Below the pieces are notes generated by a model. The model had not been told where the DNA came from. It did no database searches and saw nothing but the letters and a program-made list of their open reading frames with translations. A program made the translations under genes and the position numbers. From positions 1 to 54,500 of the IMG/VR virus record IMGVR_UViG_3300031450_000216: a DNA stretch of 54,500 nt; one strand, written 5' to 3'. Shown piece after piece: positions 26,068-35,819 of the stretch (its first letter is position 1; each line of letters begins with the position of its first letter). Source of the stretch: a virus. Lineage: Duplodnaviria > Caudoviricetes.

Positions 26068-27117
26068 CTAATCCGCCGCCACGGCCTCGATGCCGCGTAG
26101 CACGTCCCGTAGTGGCCTTTGCACGGTGAATGGACCCCACTGGTTGCGCCCTTCCTCCACGAAGTCGCTCAGGGCGATCTCGCCGCGTTGGAATGGTTCC
26201 CACGCGCCCACGGGGATCATTTGCCGCTGCGTCGCCTCCGGTTGCCGGTCGAACCAGTCCGGCCCCGTCTCCGGTTGCGGCACATCGGGGATACCGGGAT
26301 AGCCGAGTTCCGCCCAACTGCGAACTACGGGCGTCAGGGCGCACCTACACGAGGCGTGGCGGCCAAAGTCCTGACCGAGCGGGTAGATTTTGCCATCCAG
26401 CGCGAGACAGGCCAGACATGTTCTCGGTCCGTGCGCCGCGATGCGTTTATACGCCGTGATCACATCGTTCTGTCGGTATGCGGCCAACGTGCTATCGCGA
26501 TAGGCATCCAACATGGACGATCGCGCCAGTCGCAACGCCCGATTGCGCCCCAATCCCTCGACCGCCGCTTCCAGCGCCTTCGCCGCGATCCTGGGCGACT
26601 GCCCACGCACCAGCGCCGTCGTCAGCGCCTCCGACGTCGCCGCCCTGGCGTCCGGGCCGAATGTTGACAAGAGCGTCCCCAACGGCTGCCCGTCCCCAAG
26701 CGCCCCCACAAGCTGCTGCAACGCCTCGACCGGCACCCGGTCCCACGCCACGACCACGCCGGGCGGTGGGGGACCGAGCGCCGCGCGGGCCAGCGCTTCC
26801 GCGTGACTCGCCGCCGCCGCGATCGCCGCCGCCTGCTGCTGCCGGACCAGCGGGCCCGCTTGCACCGCCAGCCCGTTGATCTGCGCCTCCACTTGATCGA
26901 GCAATGCCCGGTAACGTCGCTCTTTCGCGAGCCACGCCGCATCGATCGTCTCGCCGCGTGCCTGCGCCTGCTCGATGGCGTCCGTGAGCGCGCGGAGATC
27001 GCGGCTGATCGCGTCCCACGCCTGCCCGTAGGCGGTGACGAGACGCGCGGCGGCGTCCGCCTCCAGGCGGGCACGTTCGGCGCGTTGCTGCGCGGTCAGG
27101 ACGGCGAGGGTCGTCAT
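26068..27117 (-). CDS. Head morphogenesis / minor capsid protein (MuF, SPP1 gp7-like)
   Basis: RALRLARSS..RTCLACLALDG..HASCRCALTP. Confidence 0.9.
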   Translation of the reverse strand: MTTLAVLTAQQRAERARLEADAAARLVTAYGQAWDAISRDLRALTDAIEQAQARGETIDAAWLAKERRYRALLDQVEAQINGLAVQAGPLVRQQQAAAIAAAASHAEALARAALGPPPPGVVVAWDRVPVEALQQLVGALGDGQPLGTLLSTFGPDARAATSEALTTALVRGQSPRIAAKALEAAVEGLGRNRALRLARSSMLDAYRDSTLAAYRQNDVITAYKRIAAHGPRTCLACLALDGKIYPLGQDFGRHASCRCALTPVVRSWAELGYPGIPDVPQPETGPDWFDRQPEATQRQMIPVGAWEPFQRGEIALSDFVEEGRNQWGPFTVQRPLRDVLRGIEAVAAD

Positions 27118-27120
27118 CGG

Positions 27121-27330
27121 CTACCAGTCCTCACGCAACGGCACACCGACGAACAATGTGTAGTCCAGTTCGCTACTGCCACTCCACCAGCGCCACGGCA
27201 ACATGCACTCGTTGAGGCGCAACCAAACGAACTTATGGAGGGGGTCTTGGCAATACCAGCGTTCCCAATGTCCACCACGCATACGCCGCCACCATTGCCA
27301 GCGTCCCAACTGCTGATCGATTGAGTTCAT
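27121..27330 (-). CDS. Trp-rich hypothetical protein
   Basis: ATGA coupling with upstream ORF. Confidence 0.45.
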   Translation of the reverse strand: MNSIDQQLGRWQWWRRMRGGHWERWYCQDPLHKFVWLRLNECMLPWRWWSGSSELDYTLFVGVPLREDW

Positions 27331-27515
27331 CGCCCCTCCCTCCCCTTCCGTGCCTTGCTTTCCCGCCAGTTACGCCGCGCCTCGTCCTGCTGCTCAGGCG
27401 GCAACGTCGCGATCACCTGCTCGGCGTACCGATCGGTGATGATGATACGCTGCATGGCCTTGCCGTCTTCCATGTACATGCCCGCGTCGATCAAGCCCTC
27501 TGGTAATGCTGCCAT
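27327..27515 (-). CDS. Hypothetical protein
   Basis: SD GGAGGAGG. Confidence 0.5.
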   Translation of the reverse strand: MAALPEGLIDAGMYMEDGKAMQRIIITDRYAEQVIATLPPEQQDEARRNWRESKARKGREGR

Positions 27516-27529
27516 CGCCCCTCCTCCAC

Positions 27530-27778
27530 TCACTGATGCCCTGCCGCGCATACGCGCCGCGCGGCGATGGTTAGCGCCACCACGGCGGCGGTACGATTCT
27601 GTACCCCGAGGATGCGATACGCCGCCGTCAACTCATCCCGTACGGTCTGGTGCGCCAATCCGAACCGCGCCGCGATGAGTTTGTTCGGGTCGCCAGCCGC
27701 CACGCGGCACAGGAGCGCGATGTGCCGCGTGCGGAGGAGTGTGACGCGATGACTGGCGGCGGTCAGCGGCCCCATCAC
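27530..27778 (-). CDS. LuxR-type HTH protein
   Basis: VAAGDPNKLIAARFGLAHQTVRDELTAAYRILGVQNRTAAV. Confidence 0.8.
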   Translation of the reverse strand: MMGPLTAASHRVTLLRTRHIALLCRVAAGDPNKLIAARFGLAHQTVRDELTAAYRILGVQNRTAAVVALTIAARRVCAAGHQ

Positions 27779-27780
27779 TG

Positions 27781-27864
27781 CTACCCCCCCGCGTAGTCGC
27801 GCGTGGCGAGATACGTGCCGGTAGCGGTGCCGCTGTCCTGCTTGCCCATCAGCGTGCCGCTCAT
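27781..27864 (-). CDS. Possible 27-aa micro-ORF
   Basis: ATGA overlap with GH5 stop and ends 2 nt before LuxR start. Confidence 0.35.
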   Translation of the reverse strand: MSGTLMGKQDSGTATGTYLATRDYAGG

Positions 27865-29393
27865 TGGAGCGCCGCCGCGAGTCGTTGCATGCTCGGCACG
27901 AACGGATCGCCGCCGTAGATATTCTGCGGCTCGGTTTCGTCGGGCGTCCATGACCACACCAGGACGCCCGCGCCGCCCGCGCCGAGGAATGCGGCGATCT
28001 TCCGCTCGAGCTTCGTCGCCCGCGAGTCCCGCGTCTCCGTCTCGTGCCCGATCACGGACAGGATCGTCATCCCCGTCTCGCCCACGAAGGCCGGCTTGGC
28101 GAGCGCGCGGCCCACCCAGAGGGTCGCGGCCACGCTGTCCGCTGCCAGCACAGTCGGCGCGTCGCTGTCCACCCAGATGCGTGCCGAGATTGCCGCCCCG
28201 GCTACGATGGCCGCGTCCGGGCCGGTGCGGAGGAAGCCGTCCGCCGACCCCGCCCCCTGCGGCCCGAGCGTCACGCGCAGGCAGCGGTCCCCCTTCGCCC
28301 CGACCGGCGACGCTTGCACCGTCGCCGCCGTGACTCGATCCCCGAATTGCAGCCCGGTCGGCGTGGTGCCGATCGCGACGGCCTCGTAGGTGTCCACACG
28401 GGTGCCGACGCGGAACTCGTCGATGTAGACATCCCCGACGAACAGGTCGGCGGCCGCCCGCCCGCCCCCGGCGAGGACGATCCCGGACTGCTGGTACGGG
28501 GCGACGCCCGCCGCCACGACCCCGCTGAGCGTCTGCCAACGCCGCGCCAGCGCCTGGCCGTAGTTGTAGCCAACGAAGGCATAGCCGTTGTCCTGGGTGA
28601 ACAGTTGCACGTCCAGCGGGGCGACCTCGCGCAGCGGCGTCCCTTCCAGGGCGTTATTGTTCTCGCCGTTGTTGCTGTCGTAGCGGTGGCTCGTCAGCAG
28701 GTCCACCGAGGACAGCGCGTGGATCGCGCGGTACGTCGCCACGCCCACGCCCGCATCGCCCAGCCCGGCCACGCCGGGCGCGACCAGATGGTTCGCGTCG
28801 AGCGACTTGATGTAGGCGCAGATGTCGGTCATGAACGGCAGCAGGACCGTCCCCGACGACGACTGCGGCTCGTTGATACACTCCCAGGCCATGATCCCGG
28901 TGCGCGTGGCGTAGCGCCCGACGACGTTGGCGACGTGCGTGCGGTAGTTGATCGGGTAGCCGTCGTCCGGCGTCCCGGCGTAGGTGGTCGCGTACCAGGT
29001 CGGCGTTCTGGCGGTGTCCCCGAAGCAGTAGCCGAAATGATCCTCCAGGGTGCAGATCAGTTTCAGGCCGTATTCCTCCGCCGCCGCCACAACGCGGTCG
29101 AGTCCGGTCCAGTCGGCCACGGTGCCATTGCCGTAGACGTAGCCGCGATAGAACGACACCCGCGCAACGGTCGCCCCGGCCTCTCTGAGGCGGCGGAAGC
29201 GCCCGCGCAGGTCGGCGGTGTCCACGATCGAAGGACCGCACTGGCGCTCGCCGCCGACCGGGCCGGACCCCGCCGCATTGGCGACATTCGCGCCCACGAA
29301 GCGCCACGGCTTGCCTTTGAGGATCAATTGCCGCCCGTAAGCGCGGACGAAATTGGACGGCGGGCGCGGGTCGGTGTTCGGTGTGTAGGCCAT
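27861..29393 (-). CDS. GH5 glycoside hydrolase (beta-mannanase-like) with inserted CBM-like domain
   Basis: GRQLILKGKPWRFVGAN..IMAWECINEP (acid/base)..HRY..KPAFVGETG (nucleophile)..GVLVWSW. Confidence 0.88.
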   Translation of the reverse strand: MAYTPNTDPRPPSNFVRAYGRQLILKGKPWRFVGANVANAAGSGPVGGERQCGPSIVDTADLRGRFRRLREAGATVARVSFYRGYVYGNGTVADWTGLDRVVAAAEEYGLKLICTLEDHFGYCFGDTARTPTWYATTYAGTPDDGYPINYRTHVANVVGRYATRTGIMAWECINEPQSSSGTVLLPFMTDICAYIKSLDANHLVAPGVAGLGDAGVGVATYRAIHALSSVDLLTSHRYDSNNGENNNALEGTPLREVAPLDVQLFTQDNGYAFVGYNYGQALARRWQTLSGVVAAGVAPYQQSGIVLAGGGRAAADLFVGDVYIDEFRVGTRVDTYEAVAIGTTPTGLQFGDRVTAATVQASPVGAKGDRCLRVTLGPQGAGSADGFLRTGPDAAIVAGAAISARIWVDSDAPTVLAADSVAATLWVGRALAKPAFVGETGMTILSVIGHETETRDSRATKLERKIAAFLGAGGAGVLVWSWTPDETEPQNIYGGDPFVPSMQRLAAALQ

Positions 29394-29406
29394 CGTCGCT
29401 CCTCGC

Positions 29407-31584
29407 CTAGAAGACGTAATAGTTGCTGCCATCGCTGATGAAGGTGTAGGCGCTATTGACGCCAGGAAAGACGAAAGTGCCAATGCCATCGATCGTACCG
29501 CTTGCCGTCGCGACAGTGAGCGCATTGTTTCCCGCCTTCTGCTTGATCTGGAAGGGGATGCCCGTCGCGCCGCTCGGTGCGGGGAGCGTCAGGGTGAACG
29601 CGCCGCTCGTCGTGTCGGCCAGGATCGCCCGGTCTGCCGCGACGAGGGTGTAGGCGCTCGTCTTGGTCGCGACCGGCACGGCGCTGCCGGTCGCGACCCC
29701 GGTGCCCCCGGTGCTCCCGCTGGTCGGCAGCGCCGGGTTCGCGGCGTACCCGGCGTTCTGCGCGGCGGTCAGCGAGAGCGCATACGTCCCGCTCGTACCG
29801 TAGATGCCGGAGTTGTCCGGGTCGAAGTAGTGGTGCGCGCTGTAGTAGAAGTGTCCCGGACCGAGCGGGTCGGCGATCCACTTCGCCGGGTGTTGCGTCG
29901 TCCAACGCGCCGCGCCCGCATAGGCGTTGCCCTCGATGTAGAGGTCTTTGGTGCTGCCCGCGCCGCGCAGTCCGGTCACGACCGACTGCGAGAGCGCCTC
30001 CCATACCTGATTGCCGTTCAGCCCCCCCGCCGTGGCCCCCTGGCCGAGATCGTCGATCCAGAGCCGGAACGCCTGTCCCGCAGCGATATCGTTGGCCTGC
30101 ACGCGGACGCGGAAGAGGGTGATCCCGGACGCCGGGATCGGCGCGGCGAACTGCTGGCGCGTCTCGTACCACAGACCTTTCTGGATCGTGTCAAACCCGG
30201 ACGACACGACCCACCCTGCCCCGGCGTTGTAGGCCAGTTGCGCCTGCCATGTGCCGGGGATCACCGTTTCCATGTACAGGAATGCGTTCAGCGTGTCACC
30301 GCTAGCCGACCCTCGCGCCGTGAATTCGATCTCGAAGTAGTCGAAGCCGCCGTTGAGCGGGGGACTCAATCGCTCGACCTTCAGGCTCTTCGTCCCGCCG
30401 TGCGCGCGCGTAGCGTCGTTGCTCCGCACCCAATCCGTCGCTTGGCTCGCACCTTGGAGCGTGCCATCCTCAAAGTCATAGCGCACGGTCGGCGCGAACG
30501 TGCCCGTCTCGGCGACGAGGTTGTTCGGCTCGTTCTGGATGTCGTAGCCGACGACGATCGCATTGCCCCCGAACACGGCATCGAGGCGCGTCCAGAGGTC
30601 GGTGAGGTGCGCGGCGTTGAGACTGCCGCCCGTGCGCTGCATCAGGTAGGTCGTGCCCGCGACCGGCGTGTAGCGACAGTAGTTGTGGCAGTCGAGGATG
30701 ACCCTCATCCCCGCCGTGCCCGCGTCGGCGACGAACTGCTGCATCCGGCCCAGCTCGCCAGCGCTCAGCGCGGCGTTGAGCGTCGGCTGGATGCGTTCCC
30801 ACGAGAACGGGACGCGCACGGTCTTGATCCCGCGTGCCGCGACGAATTGCAGGTCGGTCAGGCGCGGCCAGACGTAATCGCCGCCGACGGAGGCGGTGCC
30901 GGGGATGCCGGGCGCGGCGGCGGTCGGACTGCCGAACTCCGGCCCGGCGATGTTGACGCCACGCCGATACGGCGTCGCCTCGGGGTGATGCGTGACCGGG
31001 GGGAAATTGGGGCGCTCCTGGTTGATCCCATTCGGCCCGCTGGCGTTGTCGAGGACGGCGAGCGGGTAGCCGCCGTAGGGCCACGCCGCCCACCAGGACA
31101 CATCCAGCTTGGCGGCGTCGGCGGCGACGTACCACGTCTCGGCGAGGGCGTTCCATGAAGCCACGGCCTCATCGTTGCGCGTCCCGGCCTCCCCGATGTG
31201 CCCGCCCTTCGGCTCGGTCTTGCCGCTCGGCGCGGGCACGGCCAGCCAGTCGGTGAAGTTTTTGAGCCCGGCCAGGGTCCGCACCGCGAGCGCGTCGTTC
31301 GCCATCGCGTAGGTGACGCCCGCACCGCCCCCGCTGCCCCCGGCACCGGGCGGCACGGCGAACGTGCCGTCGCCCCGGTAGAACGTCGTGGCGTCCTTGG
31401 TGCCGGTGCCGATCCGCGCGACCGGGATCGTGCCGCTGGCGATGTCCGTACCGTTGTGCTGATGGGTCGTCGCCGCCTTCCCGGCGAGTTCGCCTGGGAG
31501 CGTGCTTGACAGGTACGTGTCCACGGCCTGGGCGTCGCTCAGGATGGTCGATGCGGCGGTGGGATTCCGAGGGGAGAATGGCAT
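29407..31584 (-). CDS. Virion fibre protein with circularly permuted GH5 endoglucanase and CBM-like insert
   Basis: Fibre repeat HQHNGTDIASG; HIGEAG/SWWAA precede GVNIAGPEFG..RVPFSWERIQ..LDCHNY..NEP..HHYFD; C-terminal fibre domain. Confidence 0.85.
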   Translation of the reverse strand: MPFSPRNPTAASTILSDAQAVDTYLSSTLPGELAGKAATTHQHNGTDIASGTIPVARIGTGTKDATTFYRGDGTFAVPPGAGGSGGGAGVTYAMANDALAVRTLAGLKNFTDWLAVPAPSGKTEPKGGHIGEAGTRNDEAVASWNALAETWYVAADAAKLDVSWWAAWPYGGYPLAVLDNASGPNGINQERPNFPPVTHHPEATPYRRGVNIAGPEFGSPTAAAPGIPGTASVGGDYVWPRLTDLQFVAARGIKTVRVPFSWERIQPTLNAALSAGELGRMQQFVADAGTAGMRVILDCHNYCRYTPVAGTTYLMQRTGGSLNAAHLTDLWTRLDAVFGGNAIVVGYDIQNEPNNLVAETGTFAPTVRYDFEDGTLQGASQATDWVRSNDATRAHGGTKSLKVERLSPPLNGGFDYFEIEFTARGSASGDTLNAFLYMETVIPGTWQAQLAYNAGAGWVVSSGFDTIQKGLWYETRQQFAAPIPASGITLFRVRVQANDIAAGQAFRLWIDDLGQGATAGGLNGNQVWEALSQSVVTGLRGAGSTKDLYIEGNAYAGAARWTTQHPAKWIADPLGPGHFYYSAHHYFDPDNSGIYGTSGTYALSLTAAQNAGYAANPALPTSGSTGGTGVATGSAVPVATKTSAYTLVAADRAILADTTSGAFTLTLPAPSGATGIPFQIKQKAGNNALTVATASGTIDGIGTFVFPGVNSAYTFISDGSNYYVF

Positions 31585-31587
31585 CGG

Positions 31588-31926
31588 TTAGCCTCCGTAT
31601 GTCCGCGTGCCGTACGTGAGCGCTCCGTAGGTGAGGAGCGTCACACCGGGGGGGATGATCGCGTTCGGGATCTCCAACCCCACGAGCGTGAAACCGAGCG
31701 GGGCGTAGTAGTTGGTGTGGTTGTCCATCGTGACCGCGAGGCGCCGCCCGTCCGCGTGCGCGATGAGGTAGAACGGCCCGGTATCCCACGCGCCGTTATC
31801 GTCCGGCAGACTCACATAGGGCGGCATAATGGCGACGTAGCCCTGCGCCTGGTAGGTGGCGAGGCTCACGTCGGGGATCGTCTGCACGTCGCCGTAGGGC
31901 CCGCGCACGGTCTGAATTACGGTCAT
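31588..31926 (-). CDS. Small virion-module protein with two short repeated modules
   Basis: Coupled to neighbours; internal modules resemble 19719-19913 and 35820-36194. Confidence 0.6.
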   Translation of the reverse strand: MTVIQTVRGPYGDVQTIPDVSLATYQAQGYVAIMPPYVSLPDDNGAWDTGPFYLIAHADGRRLAVTMDNHTNYYAPLGFTLVGLEIPNAIIPPGVTLLTYGALTYGTRTYGG

Positions 31927-31930
31927 CTCG

Positions 31931-32260
31931 TCACTCCACGCAGACGATCACGCGGGTCATCGTCCGCACTTGCCCGCCCGTGGCGAAGCTCACGGCGAGA
32001 TGGTAGACCGTTCCCGGCACCAGCCCCCGGACGCGCTGGTTGATCAGATTGCCCGCGCCCAATGTCGGCGCGTCTGCGAGCGCCACGGTTACATCGGCGG
32101 CGTTGTCCACGATCCGCCGCAGGACCGAGGCGGGCGCGCTCGGCGCGCCGCCGCCGATCAGCAGCGCGGTCGCGTCCAGCGGCAGGATCACGTCCTCGGT
32201 GGCGGTCGTCGTGTAGCTTGCCGGCTCGGTATCGGTCGGCAGTTGCGTCCAGAAACTCAT
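31931..32260 (-). CDS. Small beta-sandwich protein (BppU-like adaptor?)
   Basis: ATGA overlap; SD GGAGG; beta-rich. Confidence 0.55.
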   Translation of the reverse strand: MSFWTQLPTDTEPASYTTTATEDVILPLDATALLIGGGAPSAPASVLRRIVDNAADVTVALADAPTLGAGNLINQRVRGLVPGTVYHLAVSFATGGQVRTMTRVIVCVE

Positions 32261-34740
32261 GGCTTCCTCCCGGTGGCCGCCAGCGGGCGGGGTGTGGCGA
32301 CGGCGGCGGTGGGACGGGACAGGGCGCGCGCCGCGAGTGGACGGGCCGTGGCGACCGCGCCGAGCGGACGGGACCGCGCATAGGCGACCGGGGCGAACGT
32401 GCCGTCGAAGTTGGCCGCGTGCGCGGTGCCGACCAGCGCGGTCGCGTGCCCGACCGACCAGCCGAGCGCGCGGGACAACGCCAGTACCTCGACGGTCGCC
32501 GCCGCGTGCCCCCGCGTAACCGCGACCTGCCGCGCCAGGGCCACGCCGCGCAACACGGTCAGGGAGGGCGCGACCGTCGCCCCGAGCGGACGGGCGGAGG
32601 CGACACGCCGCGCCGTCATGGCGGTAGGGGTGCCAGCCCAGGTCGCGGGCCGCGCCACGCTCCGCGCACGGCCCAGTGTGGCGCTCGCCGTGACCATCTG
32701 CGTCGTGATCCGCGTGACGGTCGTGGCGCGGGCGACGGTGCCGGTGTGCCCGATCGCGCTCGCCAACGGGCGACCGAGGATCAGCGCGCGAGCCGTGGTG
32801 ACACTCTGCGCGATCGTCGCCGCCACCGTCCGCAGGAGCGCCGCGCCGCCGGTCTTCGTGCCTGCGATCGTGGCCGTGTGCCGCGCCGTGACGCTGCCAG
32901 ATCGGAACGCACCGAGGCGACGGGAGAGGGCGACAACCGGGATCAGCGTGGCGCCGATGGCGCGTGTACGGGACGCTAACCGCACGAAGGCGGCATCGTG
33001 GGGGATCGTGCCACTCAGTATCCGCACGACCGTCTGTGCGCGGGCTGTCGCCATCGTGTGCACCGCCGTCACCGCCGCCGTCCGGGTGACAACCGCCGCG
33101 CGGGTCGCGCTGGCCGTGTGCGTCACGGTCGCGGCCATGGCGCGGGCGGTGCCGCCGATCGTGCGCGTCACCGCGACTCCCGACGCGCCGGACCAGGCCA
33201 GCCCACGCCCCGCGCCGATCCCGCGCGTCGGGGTGGACGTGTGCCCGACCGTCGCCGCGAGGCCGCGCGTCGTCGGGGCGACACGGGCCGTCGTCGCCAC
33301 CTGCACCGCCGTCCAGGTCACGGCGCGCGGATGGGCCGCCAAGCGCGCGACGCTCACCGCGTGGCCGACCGTCGCGGTGAGCGTCCGCCCGAACGTCACC
33401 GCCCTGCCGATCGCGCCGGTGTGCGCCGCCGTCGCGGTCGCCGCGCGGGTCGCCGCGTACAGCCGTGCCAGGGCGACGATCGGTGTGCCGGTCCAAATCG
33501 CCGCCCGAAACGCCCCGCGCGCGATGGCAGTGGTCGCGCCGTGCCCGTCCGTGGCACTCGCCGTCCGCGCGAACGCGACCCGTCGTGCCGCGCTTGCGGT
33601 GTGCGCCGCCGTCGTATTCTGCGTACGCGCGAACGCACCGGAGCGTGCCACGGTCGCGGCGTGCGCCGCCGTGCCACTCACGGCCCGCGATGTGCCGAGC
33701 ACCCGCGCCGGGATGGCCGTGTGGGCCGCCGTGATCCCCGCCGCGCGCGTGGTCGCGGTTGCCCGTACCGTGGTCGCGGTCGCGGTGGCGCTCGCAGTCG
33801 TCGCACGCAGGTAGGTCGCGGTACGCGCCCCGATCCCGGTATGCGCCACGGAACTCTCGACAGTGCGTGTCAGCGCCGCGCCGCCCGACCCGACGCCCGT
33901 GTAGAGCGTGCTGACCTCGGCGGCGGAGAGCGCGCGGTTCCAGAGCGCCACCTCGTCGTCCGCCCCGTTGAACGTATTCGCCCCGCCACTCATCGCGCCA
34001 AGGGTGAACGGATCGGTGGTGGTGGCGACGGTACTCGCACTGACCAGCACCTTCGTCGCCGCTTGCGCCCCATCGAGGTACGCGACGAGCGTACCACCAG
34101 ACGGGTTCGCGACGAAAACGAGATGATGCCATACCCCGACCGTGACACCGTTGATGGCGAAAGTGTTCTCTGATGCATCGCTGGGACGGAAGCGGAGTTC
34201 GAGGTTGTTCGTGCCCGCCAGTTGCAGGATGTAGAAGTCGCAGGTCGTGTCGTTGCGAAAGCCCGCGATATGGCCGTAGCCATACGGCGAATTGGCGCTC
34301 GTCAGTTTGGCCCAGACGGCCATCGTGAACGCCCCGCCCACGATCGCCGCCGAGGTGTTCGCTGCGACGATGCGGCTGTCGTTGCCGGTGAACTCGACCG
34401 CCGTCCCCATCGTCGGATAGGCCGGGGTCGCACCGAGCGTGTAACCCGTTCCCGTCAGTATTCCCGGATAGCTGCCAGCCGCGCTGTCGGCGAACGTGGT
34501 CCCGGAGGTCTCATCGAGTTGCCAGTAGGCGACCAACCCCGCGATCGACTGGACGATCGAGGCGTAAGACGCGGGCGGGACGGGAGTCGGCTTGACGAGC
34601 GCCGATGGTGCCGGGGTCGGCGGGACCATGCCGTGCGGCGTGTCGAACATCTGCGGCTTGGGATTTCCCGCGCCGCCGACGAGTGTCGGCCCGCCAAGGA
34701 GCGCCCCCGCACCACCAGCCGCCCCGCCGACCAGCGGCAC
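32257..34740 (-). CDS. LamG/concanavalin-A domain protein with long Ala/Thr/Arg repeat stalk
   Basis: LVAYWQLDETSG..FTMAVWAK..WHHLV..DEVALWNRALSAAEV followed by ~21-aa repeats. Confidence 0.85.
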   Translation of the reverse strand: MPLVGGAAGGAGALLGGPTLVGGAGNPKPQMFDTPHGMVPPTPAPSALVKPTPVPPASYASIVQSIAGLVAYWQLDETSGTTFADSAAGSYPGILTGTGYTLGATPAYPTMGTAVEFTGNDSRIVAANTSAAIVGGAFTMAVWAKLTSANSPYGYGHIAGFRNDTTCDFYILQLAGTNNLELRFRPSDASENTFAINGVTVGVWHHLVFVANPSGGTLVAYLDGAQAATKVLVSASTVATTTDPFTLGAMSGGANTFNGADDEVALWNRALSAAEVSTLYTGVGSGGAALTRTVESSVAHTGIGARTATYLRATTASATATATTVRATATTRAAGITAAHTAIPARVLGTSRAVSGTAAHAATVARSGAFARTQNTTAAHTASAARRVAFARTASATDGHGATTAIARGAFRAAIWTGTPIVALARLYAATRAATATAAHTGAIGRAVTFGRTLTATVGHAVSVARLAAHPRAVTWTAVQVATTARVAPTTRGLAATVGHTSTPTRGIGAGRGLAWSGASGVAVTRTIGGTARAMAATVTHTASATRAAVVTRTAAVTAVHTMATARAQTVVRILSGTIPHDAAFVRLASRTRAIGATLIPVVALSRRLGAFRSGSVTARHTATIAGTKTGGAALLRTVAATIAQSVTTARALILGRPLASAIGHTGTVARATTVTRITTQMVTASATLGRARSVARPATWAGTPTAMTARRVASARPLGATVAPSLTVLRGVALARQVAVTRGHAAATVEVLALSRALGWSVGHATALVGTAHAANFDGTFAPVAYARSRPLGAVATARPLAARALSRPTAAVATPRPLAATGRKP

Positions 34741-34741
34741 G

Positions 34742-35200
34742 TCAGTCCTCCCAAATAAGATACAACTGGAAGGTCATCGGCGCGAGGGCGACGAGGTTGG
34801 CGATGACGATCTCCGCGATCGCGGAACCCTGGCCCACCACCAGCGGGCGGTCGGCGGGCCAGGACCAGATCACGCCCGCACCCACCGCGCTTGGCAGGCT
34901 CACGCGCCGGAGGTAGCTCGCGCCCAGGACGGGCGCGGTAGTCCACGCAGGGACCAGGAGCGTCCCCGAGGCGGGTGCGCCGGGGATGACGTTCTGTCCC
35001 AGCACCGTGGCTGCCGGGGTGCCGCTCACGGTCGTCGCGCGCACGATGCCGAGTTGGGTGGCGGCGGCGGTCCCGGTCGTGGTAATCCCCATCTCCAGGA
35101 TCGCGGCGCGCTCGGTGGCGGGCACGCGGATCGCCACGAGCGGCGCATTGGCGGTAGCGGTAACCAGCGTCGTGACGACGCTGGCCTCGAACCTGGCCAA
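34742..35200 (-). CDS. Hypothetical virion-module protein
   Basis: Beta-rich, tightly packed. Confidence 0.6.
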   Translation of the reverse strand: MARFEASVVTTLVTATANAPLVAIRVPATERAAILEMGITTTGTAAATQLGIVRATTVSGTPAATVLGQNVIPGAPASGTLLVPAWTTAPVLGASYLRRVSLPSAVGAGVIWSWPADRPLVVGQGSAIAEIVIANLVALAPMTFQLYLIWED

Positions 35201-35216
35201 ATTTCTATCCCCCTCC

Positions 35217-35816
35217 CTAGTTAGAAATCGTGATCTGACAGGTCAAGGTGTCGTTTGCTGCCAGGACTGCCGAGGAAGCGAAATTATCCTCGACATAGAG
35301 CCCAGAACCCGCCACGGTCAGGGAATCGAACAGTCCCGCCCCCAATGCCGTGGCCGCGCCGGTCGCGGTGAAGAGCCTGGTGATCAACTGCGAGAACGTG
35401 CCGCCGAGCGTGGATGGCAGGGTGTAGGTGCTGACGGTGCCAGCGGCACGGGCGAGGCCGAGCGTGGAAAACTCATTCGTCGTGACGCCCTGCGTCGCGC
35501 TCCCCAGACTCAGGTCGGTCTTGGTCTTGGTCAGGGTTGCCGAGGCGACGGCCACCGCCGTGAAGACGCCATTGGCGGTCGTACCGGTCGTACCGAATAC
35601 CCGGTTCGCCTGAATAGCGCCCCCGGCATCTAAACGCTCGTTGTGGGTCACGCTGGCCCAGATGAGTTCCCCGTCGCGGTGCTGCTTGGCGACGAAGATA
35701 CCGACCTCGCCGTCGGTCGCGCGCCGCGTGACCCGACCTGGCCGCGAGACGGCGCGGGCGAGCGCCGGGAGATAGAGATTGCCGAGTTCGGGGTCGCGCA
35801 TGAATGCTGCCTGCAT
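35217..35816 (-). CDS. Virion structural protein (fibre base-like)
   Basis: GAGLFDS..GSGLY..VLAANDTLTCQITIS, similar in style to phage fibre-attachment domains. Confidence 0.6.
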   Translation of the reverse strand: MQAAFMRDPELGNLYLPALARAVSRPGRVTRRATDGEVGIFVAKQHRDGELIWASVTHNERLDAGGAIQANRVFGTTGTTANGVFTAVAVASATLTKTKTDLSLGSATQGVTTNEFSTLGLARAAGTVSTYTLPSTLGGTFSQLITRLFTATGAATALGAGLFDSLTVAGSGLYVEDNFASSAVLAANDTLTCQITISN

Positions 35817-35819
35817 AGC

